DNA of 64,000 nucleotides from Octopus sinensis (Eukaryota). The notes under the pieces were generated by a model that was not told the origin of the DNA, ran no database searches, and saw only the letters and a program-made list of their open reading frames with translations. Shown piece after piece: positions 14,020 to 26,450 of this stretch. The position numbers were made by a program, and so were the translations under genes. Every line of letters starts with the position of its first letter. Positions within the stretch are counted from its first letter, which is position 1. The DNA lies in assembly GCF_006345805.1 (NCBI RefSeq), contig NC_043024.1:18848001-18912000 (forward strand), written 5' to 3'.

Positions 14020-14345
14020 TTATGTCAAATACTGTCTACTAAGTTCCAATCTATTATTTATTTATAGGTTGAGTCTATGTATGAGCAAGGCCTCCTTAAT
14101 TCATAAGTTACCCACATTTCTATTTCTGGCTTAAAGATACTAGAAATGTGGTTTTTGAATGAGGTTGTACGGGTGTTGAGGTGCTCTTTAATATGAGTGT
14201 GGAGTATTTGAATTGTGCTACCAAAGTAGAACTTCTTACATTTGTTGAATCCAGTCCGGTATGCCACATGTGTCTGCTGGCACATACCTGTCTCACAGAT
14301 GGGGCAGTTAGTCAGCAGCATTGATTATTGTTGTCTCTGGCTTGG
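14020..14345 (-). mobile_element. Penelope-like GIY-YIG endonuclease fragment
   Basis: NCPICETGMCQQTHVAYR...NKCKKFYFGST..LHTHIKEH, then after a frameshift IKEALLIHRLN. Confidence 0.7.
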
Positions 14346-14378
14346 TTTTTAGACAGGTATCCACACACAGATGGGCCA

Positions 14379-14433
<55 letters not shown>

Positions 14434-14434
14434 T

Positions 14435-14592
14435 ATATGACAGGCATCTTTCAGTTTCTGTCTATGAAAATCCTTCACAAAGTCTTTGGCTGACTCAGAG
14501 ATATAGTAAAAGACACTTGTCTAAAGGGGTCACACTTGGGACTGAAGTCAGAACCACGTGGCTGGGAAGCAAGCTTCTTACAATACAGCTAT
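14435..14592 (-). mobile_element. SINE family A 5' half, degenerate
   Basis: CTTTCAGTTTCTGTCTA...GGGACTGAA...AAGCTTCTTAC. Confidence 0.6.
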
Positions 14593-14640
14593 ATTTGATA
14601 TATATGTACTTATTCTGTCGTGTGTGTGTGTGTGTGTATT

Positions 14641-14709
<69 letters not shown>

Positions 14710-14726
14710 CATATATATATATATAT

Positions 14727-14772
<46 letters not shown>

Positions 14773-14929
14773 GTTTGTGTGTGTATGTATCTCTCTCTCT
14801 CCTTGTATATGGGTGCAGAACACACATTAATATGGAAAGAGAGAGTGAGAAAGAGTGAAGGTAGTGTTAGGGAAAGAGAAAGAGGGAGAAAAAGATAAGA
14901 AAGGTTTCTAGTAAAACTTGTAAGCATCG

Positions 14930-15017
14930 GGCAGACAGACAAACAGACAGACAGCTAGATAGATAGATAGAAAGATAGATAGATAGGTAGATAGATAGGT
15001 AGATAGATAGATAGATG

Positions 15018-15082
<65 letters not shown>

Positions 15083-15175
15083 GTGGATAAATAGATAAAT
15101 AGATAAATAGATAGACAGATAGATGAATAGATAGATAGATAGATAGATAGATAAATAGATAGGTAGATAGATAGG

Positions 15176-15222
<47 letters not shown>

Positions 15223-15375
15223 GTGGATAAATAGATAAATAGATAAATAGATAGACAGATAGATGAATAGATAGATAGATAGATAGATACATAGATAGAT
15301 AGATAGATAAGTAGACAGACAGACAGGCAGATAGATAGATAATTAGATAGATACAGACAAATAGATGATAGATAA
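14930..15375. repeat. (GATA)n microsatellite
   Basis: Direct inspection. Confidence 0.95.
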
Positions 15376-15684
15376 ATACAGAGACTTATACAGAGACTAA
15401 ATACAGAGAGGGTGATGGAGAGAGAAAGAAAGAGAGAGATGGACAGAAGGAATGAAAGCAATAAGGAGACAGAAGAGTGTGGTGAAGAAAGTGTACCCTA
15501 TGAATGTGTAAGCAACAAGTGGCTAGATTGCTTTGTGATGACCTGTCCCACCAGGGGGTCAATGAAATGTCTAGAATGAAGGGAAATATTTAAATCACCA
15601 TCTCATTGAAGTACTATAATTCGAGAGACAACAGGGGAGAATCTGTTTCGTGACTCTCTGTAATTCTGGTGTGTACACATATAC

Positions 15685-15724
<40 letters not shown>

Positions 15725-15726
<2 letters not shown>

Positions 15727-15960
15727 TCTTTACGCTTTTACTTTTTTGCTCTTTTACTTGTTTCAGTCATTTGACTGTGGCCATGCTGGAGCACCGTCTT
15801 TAGTCGAGCGAATTGACCCCGGGACTTATTCTTTGTAAGCTTAGTACTTATTCTATCGGTCTCTTTTGCTGAACCGCTAAGTTATGGAGACGTAAACACA
15901 CCAGCATCGGTTGTCAAGCGATGTTGGGGGGACAAACACAGACACACAAACACATACACA
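15725..15960 (-). mobile_element. SINE family A 3' half
   Basis: TTGTTTCAGTCATTTGACTGTGGCCATGCTGGAGCACCG... Confidence 0.8.
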
Positions 15961-17207
15961 CACATATTTATATACACATATATATATATATGCATATATA
16001 TATGTATATTTATAGATATGAGTGAGTTTGTATGTGTGTGTGTCTGCATGTGTGTGTGTGTGTGCATATGTTCTTTGTGCACTTCAAAACTGAGTTGCCA
16101 ATTTTGACATCTGGGGTATCAAAAGACTCAGTAAGCTTTTGGCTACCAGCTAAACCATTTTTTTATTCACATATTTGCATTACAAAATTTTAACATCATC
16201 ATTTTTCTTTTAGTCACCTATCGTAAATGACATTTTATATCACCACTACAATGACGATGATGTCACATTTTCTATAAGTGTGTTCGCAGGTTTATTACCT
16301 ATGTTAGGCCAATGACTGACAAGTAAATGTGTGTGGCAGTGTGTGTCTGTCAGTATACAAACATTTTTGTGACGACTGACACACACACACACACATCAAA
16401 ACAGAGACAGACACACACAGGGACAGAGATAGGCTTCAGGTGTGCATGCCTTAGTTTATTATGTAACTTCCACCTCTCGCCAACAGTGAAACACACCAAT
16501 ATTGAAAGTTTGCTTGCGGACTGGGCTTTTAACGAACAGTAATTCCCACTTCCAAGTACTACCAGCATGAAGACTCGCAAATATATCTGAAAAAATATTC
16601 TGGTTATTATAACAAATTCAGAAACTTGGCAAAGCAGAAACCCTCAGCGGTTCTCTGAATATAATTACAGAAATGTTATTCCACTCTTAACCAGTTTCAA
16701 GATATTGCTTTTTAACAGTTCTTACCGTATTCCTCCTATGATTCTTCATCATTGCGAGTGTCAATGTTGCATAACCTTTCTACTCTATTCAGTATTTATT
16801 CAACAGCTTATAACGGTACACAGTTCAAAAATATATAGTAATGTCAAATTAATTTATATCTTGCTACAACAAATATTTTAAATTAACGTTCATAACAACA
16901 GCATCTTCCTTTTTATACACTTGGTTCAGCGTTCGTTTCAAAATTGTAAAATAAATTATTTTTGTATGAAAAATTGAATTATGCCTTCTGAATTTTCTTG
17001 GACTTTCGTTTTCTTCACCGTGACATTTATTCAGTCATAAATTTTATAATATTTAGTACATGTTACAAATAAATGTTGACTTTCTGTACTCTCTTACACT
17101 GGTGATGCATACTAACTTTTCCTAAATTGGTGACTTTACATTTTCTTTATCACATAACTATGCTATAGAATGTATGTTTTGCACTTATATTGACTACATT
17201 TAGTAAC

Positions 17208-18437
17208 TTTTGCCAGCATAAACCCAAACTGCATCTTGCCTAGACTGACCCTCTCCCTAATCAGTTGGGCTAAAACCCTCTCCGTGACCTTCATTACCTG
17301 ATCTAACAGCTTGATACCTCTGTAATTATTTGTATCTAATGCATAACTTTTACCTTTGTAGCAGTTGACTATTATGCTGCTACACCAATCATTGAGTATG
17401 ACTCCTTCATGTATCACCTGGTTGACTATAAGGGTGACTAGATTATAGCCAACACTGCCAGATATTTTAAGCATCTCTGAGGTGATTCCTGATGAGCCAG
17501 GGGTTTTCCCTGTCTTCATACCCTTAATTGCTTTATCTACCAAAGTACTCTCAATTCGGATAGCTGGTCCCTCTGTTGGGTTGACATTTGGCAGGCTCTC
17601 TTTTCTTCCATTCATTTTCTTTATTGAGCAACCTTTCATAGTGGCATCTCCATATCTCCCTCTTTGCAACTTCATTTAGTGCAAGTGAACCATCATCCAT
17701 GAAGACACATTTCTCTCCTACGACATCACAATTCTCTCTCACACACAGTCAGTCTTGCAACATGAAATACCTCAAGTCTTTGGTCCTCATGGCACAGAAC
17801 ATTGGCAAGTTTTTTCTTATCTGCTTCCCCTCTGGCTAAATAAACCTGTCTCCTAGCTTCCTTTCTGGCAGTCTGGTACTATTCCCTGCTACCACCGTTC
17901 TTACAATCCTTCCAAGCCTGTTTTTTTCCCCTAATGATCCTGTCAACAACACTGATCCAACAGCACATTATCTTGTGTCGAGAGGTGACTTTGCACCATC
18001 CACAGATCTGGTCAGTGGCCCCCAGCAGGTTGTCCCGTAGAAGCCTCCACTTGTCTTCCACATCATGTGATGTTATATCCCCTTCTATTTCGTCAAAAGC
18101 TTTGAGTAATACGTCTCTGAAATTTATGTCCATTCGCAGGATCTTTAAGTTTCCAGACCCTTCTTCTCAATGCTGATTGTCTTCTGGGCAACCATTTAGC
18201 CCTGATCCTGAAGTCGCTAACTACTAGTCTATGTTGTGGGATACATTCTTTGCCTGGGAAGGTTTTGGCATTTATAAGCAGCCATCTTTCCCTTTTTCTG
18301 GTGAGGATGAAGTCAATTTAGCTAGTGTGTCTGCCAGAACGGTAGGTGACTGGCAAGTTACCTGAAGTTAGTATTGCAAACCCTAAGGTCATTTGCATCG
18401 AAGAACTCCAGCAGCCTGGTTCCCTCCTCATTGCAGA
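17208..18437 (-). mobile_element. RTE-clade LINE fragment (end of AP endonuclease to start of RT), decayed
   Basis: KAIKGMKTGKTPGSSGITSEMLK, DWCSSIIVNCYKGK..ALDTNNYRGIKLL...QFGFM; NEEGTRLLEF at the 5' end; frameshifted. Confidence 0.85.
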
Positions 18438-19063
18438 ACACTTTTAGCATCAGAAACAATGTCTTTTTTCCTGTTGTTTCTAGCATGTCAGGTTTTCTGG
18501 TGTTGGTCTGGTATTTTTTAAGTCTATTGTTTCAGTAGAATTCTATGCATGCAAGAAGCATCAGACAAAAGTGAAAGATTGGGAGATTTTAGCCTTTTGA
18601 AAGTTGGTAGGTGATGGGTGAGCAAGGTGAGGGTAGAGGCATTGAGTGTTTCTTTAAGAAAAATTAAACTATAAAAAATATATTTCCCAGACTCATAATC
18701 TCTGTATTTTTCTTGCGGTGGGGATAGGGGTAAATTAAAATTTTGAAAACGTGATTTCTGGATAAAATTATATTAATCCCCTTTTATATGATGAAACAAT
18801 GCATAACTTGTGATCTTTCTTAAGAACAGAAAGCACTTTCATGCAAGCCCATACAAATTTCACCCTTGCCCTTCACTATTAAACAAACAATAACTTCCAT
18901 TATTTCATTAACTATATATCAGCTGTGGTGATTCTGCCCATAAGAAAGAAGCAAATAATACAATGCGCTTGTAGGTCATAACACCCGGCAACGTCGGAAT
19001 ACATTGCCAGTGTGTGTGTGTGTTTATATATATATATATAATATATATATGTGTGTGTGTATG

Positions 19064-19114
<51 letters not shown>

Positions 19115-19186
19115 ATAAAAATGGTAAGACAATAAAACTCAGTTTTATCATGGCTACCGAATAATTGTCACATATTACATTTACAG

Positions 19187-19232
<46 letters not shown>

Positions 19233-19245
19233 TATGTATATATAT

Positions 19246-19290
<45 letters not shown>

Positions 19291-19294
19291 CACC

Positions 19295-19348
<54 letters not shown>

Positions 19349-20036
19349 GTATAATATATATACATATATATATACACATACATATATATTTATATATATA
19401 CACATACATATATATATCTGTATATATATATCCATACACACATATATATATCTGTATATATCTATGTGTATGTGCGTGTATAGTTTCAGTCATTAGGCCT
19501 GTGTATCCCAACCAATTTTCCACAGAGATAGACACTAATATAATTGTAAATGTGCAATGAAGATCTTATCAAATAAATATGATTGAAAGTTCAGTCAAAT
19601 GGCGTTTTTATAAAAAAAAAACAAAAGAAAAACAAAGGGAGAAAAAGAAAAAAAATAGAAAGGAAGAAAGAAGGGTTTTTCGCAATTTCTGTTGTAGTAC
19701 ATAAAATTGTTCTTCCTCAATTTCAGTCACATGAGTTTCTAAAATCCGGTTGCTCGTTAGATTTCAAATTATTATTAGTAAAAATTATGTTCGTTTATTT
19801 TTTTACTTGTTTCAGTCATTTGATAGCTGCCATGCTGGGGCACTGCCTTAAAAGGAGTTTTAATTGAAGAAATCGCCCCTTGGACTTAGTTTTTGTAAGC
19901 TTAGTACATATTCTATCTGTGTCTTTTGCTGAACTGCTAAGTTACAGAGGCGCAAACACACCAACATCTGTTGTCAAGTGATAAGGGGGGGGGGCGAGAG
20001 GAGGCAAACACAGATACACACATACATAGATATATA

Positions 20037-21313
20037 CAGGGGTTGGACAAAATAATGGAAACACCTAGAATCATAGAATCATAATTTTGAAATATCTATT
20101 AAACTGTCAAAAGTTTATTTATTTTTATGTTTTTTGATTTATTATTATTTTTGCTTAATGGTTTTCTAAAATTGCTTTTTCTTATCAGATATCATCAGAA
20201 AAAGGTAATTAAAATTCATTAAAATGACAGATCTATCAGACATTCAAAGAGGTCAAATTGTTGGTGATTGTATGGTAGGTGCTAGTGTAATGTTTGGTAC
20301 CAGCTAAAATGTTTGGTGTATCAAGAAGAACTGTCTCGAAATTAATGACAGCCTTTGAGAAGGAGGGAAAAACCTTCTCATCGAAACAAAATTCCAGAAG
20401 AAAACCAAAACTTTCAGATAGGGAGCGTCAGACTCTTACACGAATTGTTAGAAAGGATCACAAAGTACAGTTCCTAAAATTACTGCTGAGCTTAATGACC
20501 ACCTCGAGAACCTAGTTCCCACAAAAACTGTTCACTGGAAGCTGCACAAATCCGGATTTCACAGGAGGGCTGCGAACAGAAAACGACCAATTTCAAAAAC
20601 AAGAATTGCAAAGCATTTAGAGTAGAGTAAAAACCTACAGAATTGGTCCCTAGAGCAGTGGAAGAATGTTATTTTCTGGGACAAGTCATCCTTTACCTTA
20701 TTTCCAACCACCAACCAAGTATTAATGTAGAGACAGCCAAAAGAAGCATTTGACCCAGACTGCCTTCTTTCGACTGTTAAACACGGAGGAGGATCTGTGA
20801 TGATCTGGTGGGGGGCTATATCTTGGAAATCTGCCAGCCCAATGGTTTCCCTTCATGGCAGAATTAATAGTCAAGACTACTGAAGCATTTTATCTGATCA
20901 AATTCATCCTATGGTTGCGAAACTGCTTCTGGAGTGAAATGCAGTCTTTCAGGATGATAATGCACCAATTCACACAGCTAAAGTTGTTACTGAATGGCAC
21001 AAGGAACATTCTAGTGAAGTTGAACATCGTATCTGGCTACTGCAGTCCCCAGATCTCAATATTATTGAACAGTTATGGTGCATTTTAGAAAAACTAGTAA
21101 GGAGTCGATATCCTCCACCATCATCACTACAAGAACTGGAGACTGTTTTAGCTGAAGAATGGACAAAAATTCCTTTGGAAATAGTTCATACTTTGTACTA
21201 GCCCATTCCTCAAAGAATTCAAGCTGTAATTAATGCCAAAGGCAGTCGTACTCCATATTAAAATAAACTCGTTTGAAATTCTAAGCTGTTTCCATTATTT
21301 TGTCCAACCCTTG
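20037..21313 (+). mobile_element. Tc1-family DNA transposon with decayed DD34E-type transposase
   Basis: TIRs CAGGGGTTGGACAAAATAATGGAAACA / TGTTTCCATTATTTTGTCCAACCCTTG with TA TSD; ORF from 20223 MTDLSDIQRGQIVG, VIFWDKSSF, FQDDNAPIH, SPDLNIIEQLW; stops and frameshifts. Confidence 0.92.
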
Positions 21314-21690
21314 TACATATATATGTAGACTGACTTCTTTCAGTTTCCATCTACCAAATCTTTTTACAAGGCTTTGGTTGACCTGAAAATCTAGTAAGGA
21401 GTCGATATCATCCACCATCATCACTACAAGAACTGGAGACTGTTTTAGCTGAAGAATGGACAAAAATTCCTTTGGAAATAATTCAAGCCTTGTACTAGCC
21501 CATACCTCATAGAATTCAAGCTGTAATTACTGATAAATGTGGTCCTACTTCATATTAAACTAAATTTGTTTGAAATTCTAAGCTGTTTCCATTATTTTGT
21601 CCAACCCCTGTACATATATATGTACAACGGACTTCTTTCAGTTTCCATCTACCAAATCTTTTTACAAGGCTTTGGTTGGCCTGAAAAGAT
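21094..21690 (+). repeat. ~297-bp tandem duplication of the Tc1 right end plus flank
   Basis: CTAGTAAGGAGTCGATATC at 21094 and 21391; second right TIR ends at 21610. Confidence 0.85.
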
Positions 21691-21966
21691 AGCAAAAGAC
21701 ACTGCCCAAGGTGCCACACACTGGGACTGAATCTGGAACCTTGTGGTTGGGAAGCAAGTTGCTTACCACACAGCCGTTTTTACAGTAAATGATCAAGTTT
21801 TGAGTGGTTGTATACTGTCAACTTAACGTGACAGTCCCGTAAGGGAATTACACCACCGCTGTTTAGCCCTAGGAAGCATCGACGCTTCCTGTCGGCCTTG
21901 ACACATTTCCTGTGTCCTTATATATTTACGAAGGGGAGACAAACAGCCCCAACAGCTAGGCCTGCA

Positions 21967-22012
21967 TCTAGAGACATGCATGTTTCAGGGTCTTGCCCAT
22001 CATCAGTCTAGA
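21967..22012 (-). ncRNA. Minimal type I hammerhead ribozyme
   Basis: Minus strand: TCTAGA-CTGATGA-tGGGcaagaCCCt-GAAA-CATGCAT-GTC-TCTAGA; palindromic stem III ACATGCATGT. Confidence 0.8.
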
Positions 22013-22642
22013 GTAGCAAGGCCTGCTAGCTGAAGATATCTGTCTAGACTTCGTAAATATATATATATATATTTTCAGGGACTGTCACGTTAAGTTGACA
22101 GTATACAACCACTCTAACGCTCCACCACCGCACATATCTCTATGAGATATTTAGAAATTTAATATTTCTGATCAAGTTTTGATTGGCTGTAAATTTGATG
22201 GCATCTTTTGTTTTCCACTTGGGTGTTTTGATCAACATATTTTTGTTTTGGCGAAGTCCAGTGTTCCGGTTGGTTGATTTCCTTGTTATGTCATCTGTTT
22301 GCTCAACGTTTTCATTTTTTTGTTGAGTACAGTAAATAATCAAGTTCTAATTGGTTGTAACTTAAGTGATGTCATTAATTTTGGTAAAATATTTTTGTTG
22401 TTTTTGGTTAAACCAGAATGTAGAATTTTGCCAAAACAAAAATATTTGACCAAACCAAATGATGTCACTAAAATTACAACCAATCTGAAGTTGATCCTTT
22501 GCTGTGGCCTAAATGAAATATTGATATGCATATATGTATGTGTGTGTGTGTGTCTGCAGATATATGTATGTATGTATGTATATATTTATACACACATACA
22601 TATATATCTCTATATATACATATACATACATACATACATACA

Positions 22643-22678
<36 letters not shown>

Positions 22679-22917
22679 TATACATATATATATATATCAG
22701 AAATATTAATTTCTAAATATCTCATAGAGGTATGTACTGTTGTGGAGCGATAGAGTGGTTGTATACTGTCAACTTAACGTGACAGTCCTGTAAGGGAATT
22801 ACACCACCGCTGTTTAGCCCTAGGAAGCATCGACGCTTCCTGTCGGCCTTGACACATTTCCTGTGTCCTTATATATTTACGAAGGGGAGACAAACAGCCC
22901 CAACAGCTAGGCCTGCA

Positions 22918-22963
22918 TCTAGAGACATGCATGTTTCAGGGTCTTGCCCATCATCAGTCTAGA
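22918..22963 (-). ncRNA. Minimal type I hammerhead ribozyme (second tandem copy)
   Basis: Identical to 21967-22012. Confidence 0.8.
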
Positions 22964-23602
22964 GTAGCAAGCCTGCTAGCTGAAGATATCTGTCTAGACT
23001 TCGTAAATATATATATATATATATTTTCAGGGACTGTCACGTTAAGTGACAGTATACAACCACTCTAACGCTCCACCACCGCACATATCTCTATGAGATA
23101 TTTAGAAATTTAATATTTCTGATCAAGTTTTGATTGGCTGTAAATTTTATGGCATCTTTTGTTTTCCACTTGGGTGTTTGATCAACATATTTTTGTTTTG
23201 GCGAAGTCCAGTGTTCCGGTTGGTTGATTTCCTTGTTATGTCATCTGTTTGCTCAACGTTTTCATTTTTTTTTGTTGAGTACAGTAATAATCAAGTTCTA
23301 ATTGGTTGTAACTTAAGTGATGTCATTAATTTTGGTAAAATATTTTTGTTGTTTTTGGTAAACCAGAATGTAGAATTTTGCCAAAACAAAAATATTTGAC
23401 CAAACCAAATGATGTCACTAAAATTACAACCAATCTGAAGTTGATCCTTTGCTGTGGCCTAAATGAAATATTGATATGCATATATGTATGTGTGTGTGTG
23501 TCTGCAGATATATGTATGTATGTATGTATATATATTTATACACACATACATATATATCTCTATATATATATACATACATACATACATACATACATACATA
23601 CA

Positions 23603-23681
<79 letters not shown>

Positions 23682-24101
23682 TTACATACATATATATATT
23701 AGGCACATACCATCAGTAATTACTCAGGGCAGGCAGTTGGTGACCTTTATGTAGTAAAACACACAAAAAAAACTAAGCGAAACACAGGTGTGCGACTGAG
23801 TTAAAGGCAGATTTACTTCTGCCTTTATAACATGTAAAGAAAATGGTGTTGTAGGAGTGCACACAGCATGTATACTACAGCAGTATTATGGGATTGAAAA
23901 GCAAGGGAGAAGTATGCCTACCTAACGTACAAAAAAAATTATATGTTTTGCATTTTGCGCTTATTAATCAGAGTAACCTTCATAACTTTATTGAATTAGG
24001 TACATATTTTGCCATAGAAGGAAAATGCTGCTATTGATCTATTTTCTTCAACGTAGGCACTGTCTACCTTGGTTACCTAGGTGGCACGTTCCTGACTCCA
24101 G

Positions 24102-24132
<31 letters not shown>

Positions 24133-24133
24133 T

Positions 24134-24365
24134 CTATAAGTGGCTGAAGATTGCTTGACATTTTAAAACTTTTACAGTTTTAAAACTTTTACAGTGATTA
24201 ATAAAATGAAGTAGCATGAAACGATTGTACTACACTACCTTGGATATCCTTGTTGCTTATTTTGATTATAATCACCCCATTTGATTTATATGGATAATAC
24301 CATACTAATTCTGGTGCCTTTGACTTAAGTACCATATTCATCTGAATCTAAATTTTGCTGAACTT
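24134..24365 (+). mobile_element. Solo PLE pseudo-LTR-like fragment between (TA)n tracts
   Basis: Begins with a hammerhead motif; flanked by TA repeats on both sides. Confidence 0.55.
24140..24233 (+). ncRNA. Hammerhead ribozyme with long stem II insertion
   Basis: GTGG-CTGAAGA-tTGCT...AGCAt-GAAA-CGATT-GTA-CTAC; same core and stem III as the PLE hammerhead at 48871. Confidence 0.6.
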
Positions 24366-24558
24366 ATATATATATATATTCATCTTTTATCTTTTTATGC
24401 TTTACCTGTGTCAGTGATTTGACTGCAGTCATGCTTGGGCTTTTAGTCATAGAAATCAATCCACACACCCACACTAGTTGTCAAGTGGTGATGCGTAATA
24501 AAAACACACACACACACACACACATATTTCTATGCAGTTAAGTCTACATCCGGTCAAA

Positions 24559-24618
24559 GAATGACCAATGGTTTCACATCTATAAATGGCTTAGCCCTCT
24601 GGATGACTCATCAGACTC
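24559..24618 (-). ncRNA. Hammerhead ribozyme (left arm of palindrome)
   Basis: Minus strand: GAGT-CTGATGA-gtCATC...GATGt-GAAA-CCATTG-GTC-ATTC. Confidence 0.65.
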
Positions 24619-24623
24619 AGTTT

Positions 24624-24692
24624 GAGTCTGTTGAGTCATCCATAAATCTAATAAAGCTAACACCTTTATAGATGTGAAACCATTGGTCGCTC
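24624..24692 (+). ncRNA. Hammerhead ribozyme, core-mutated (right arm of palindrome)
   Basis: GAGT-CTGTTGA-gtCATC...GATGt-GAAA-CCATTG-GTC-GCTC; A6 changed to U. Confidence 0.5.
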
Positions 24693-24789
24693 TGTGACTG
24701 GACCAAGACTGAACTGCATATAAAACACATTGCTGCTCTATGCTTCAGAGTGTGTTTCATTGACAATCAATATATATGTGTGTCTCTCT

Positions 24790-25402
24790 CTTTACTCTTT
24801 TACTTGTTTCAGTCATTTGACTGTGGCCATGCTGGAGCACCGCCTTTAGTCGAGCAAATCGACCCCAGGACTTATTCTTTGTAAGCCTAGTACTTATTCT
24901 ATCATGCTCTTTTGCTGAACTACTAAGTTACGGAGACGTAAACACACTAGCATCGGTTGTCAAGCAATGTTGGGGGGACAAACACAGACACACAAACATA
25001 TACATGCACATGCATATATATATATATATACGACAGGCTTCTTTCAGTTTCCATCTACCAAATTCACTCACAAGGTTTTGGTTGGTCCAAAGCTATAGTA
25101 GAAGACACTTGCCCAAGGTGCCATGCAGTGGGACTGAACCCAGAACCCTGTGGTTCGTAAGCAAGCTACTTACCACATCATCATCATTGTTCAACCGTGG
25201 TCGAGACAATGGAATTTACCATGCTACGCCAGACTTCACGGTCCATCATGGCATTACGGAGGTCCTGTTGCTGGATGCCTGTATCCCTGGAGATTACATC
25301 AGGGTAGGAGAGTGTGTGCCCTCTGGTATTGCGAGTAGATGGCTTCCAGAGGAGAAGAGTAGAAATTACTTCTTTTTCAGCTCTTACCACACAGCCACTC
25401 CT
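24790..25402 (-). mobile_element. SINE family A carrying a nested LINE tail
   Basis: Family A sequence interrupted at 25178-25382. Confidence 0.8.
25178..25382 (-). mobile_element. 5'-truncated RTE-like LINE 3' end with 9-bp TSD
   Basis: RAEKEVISTLLLWKPSTRNTRGHTLSYPDVISRDTG...AMMDREVWR...EQ* then (TGA)n tail; TSD CTTACCACA at 25169-25177 and 25383-25391. Confidence 0.85.
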
Positions 25403-25889
25403 ACATGTATGTGTATATTTATATAGTACACCCACATACACACACATAATGTACATGTGTGTTTCTGTGTGTGAATCTTTACCCAAGTTTGTGAGCACAT
25501 GTCTCATGATGAGGTAATATAATTAAGTAAAGTTTGCAACTTGTAAGAGTTCAGTTAGTGTTGATCTTATGATGGCCTCATTAGCTTTTGGCTGTAACCT
25601 CAACAAAAACATTCTTTGCTCTCAGAGACTAAAATATATTCACACAAACACACACTCACACACACATGCTCAAATAAATAAGAGGTTGTGTCATATAATG
25701 TTTGGTGAAGTGTAGCATAAACATACATATATATACAACAATAGACAGCGTAGGTTTTATGAAAGAAAAACACGGAAAATATATATAAACAGAAGAGTCT
25801 GGTAAGAAAGAAAAAAGAAATAACATTCTAGAAAACCAAAACCAACAACCACAATAACAACAAGAATAATGAATGATGATAATAATACC

Positions 25890-26407
25890 AGACAGTGGCT
25901 CTCGTGGCTTCTGATCTTAACTGATTGGAAGTGTCATCATGTACATTGTTTTGTCTTGGTATAAAAGATGGGCTACAGCAAATATTCTGCTCAATACCAC
26001 AGATTTGCTTGTCAGTTGTTTGACCTTAACCAGTTGAGCATGTCCCTTAGTGGCTGACGATATGTGCATCTCTGATCAGAAGCAGAAGTAGTGGGGGAGC
26101 ATCATAGCCATGTGTTGAGAGGGATTCTTTGGGGTTTGGATAATTCACCTCTGGAAACAGGGGTGGTTCTTTCAACATCCTTAAACAACCCTTATTCATG
26201 GACCTTTTAAGCGGGATGGGCTACTTGACCAGAAGAAAATTCTAACTGGGCCCCACCTGCAAGGTCATGTGCTGTTTATTTTGATATGAGATCACCATGT
26301 CATGTACATAGGTTTGTGATGCATGTGCCTAGTGTACCCTTATCAGACGATGGGCTTCGTATATTTTACCCCAGTGTCACTTTGATGTCATGCACTGCTC
26401 TCTCCTC

Positions 26408-26450
<43 letters not shown>

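Larger units (their letters stand above)
19795..21776 (-). mobile_element. SINE family A split by a Tc1 insertion
   Basis: 3' half at 19795-20035 and 5' half at ~21615-21776, with Tc1 in the internal TA repeat. Confidence 0.7.
21802..23700. repeat. 951-bp tandem duplication containing an HHR-bearing inverted-repeat element
   Basis: GAGTGGTTGTATACTGTCAAC at 21802 and 22753; internal inverted arms (22077-22172 versus 22695-22790). Confidence 0.9.

Noticed and set aside
23720-24100. Possible hAT-like MITE (TAGGCACTG.CTACC subterminal motif)
   Set aside because: Could not identify matching TIRs or an 8-bp TSD
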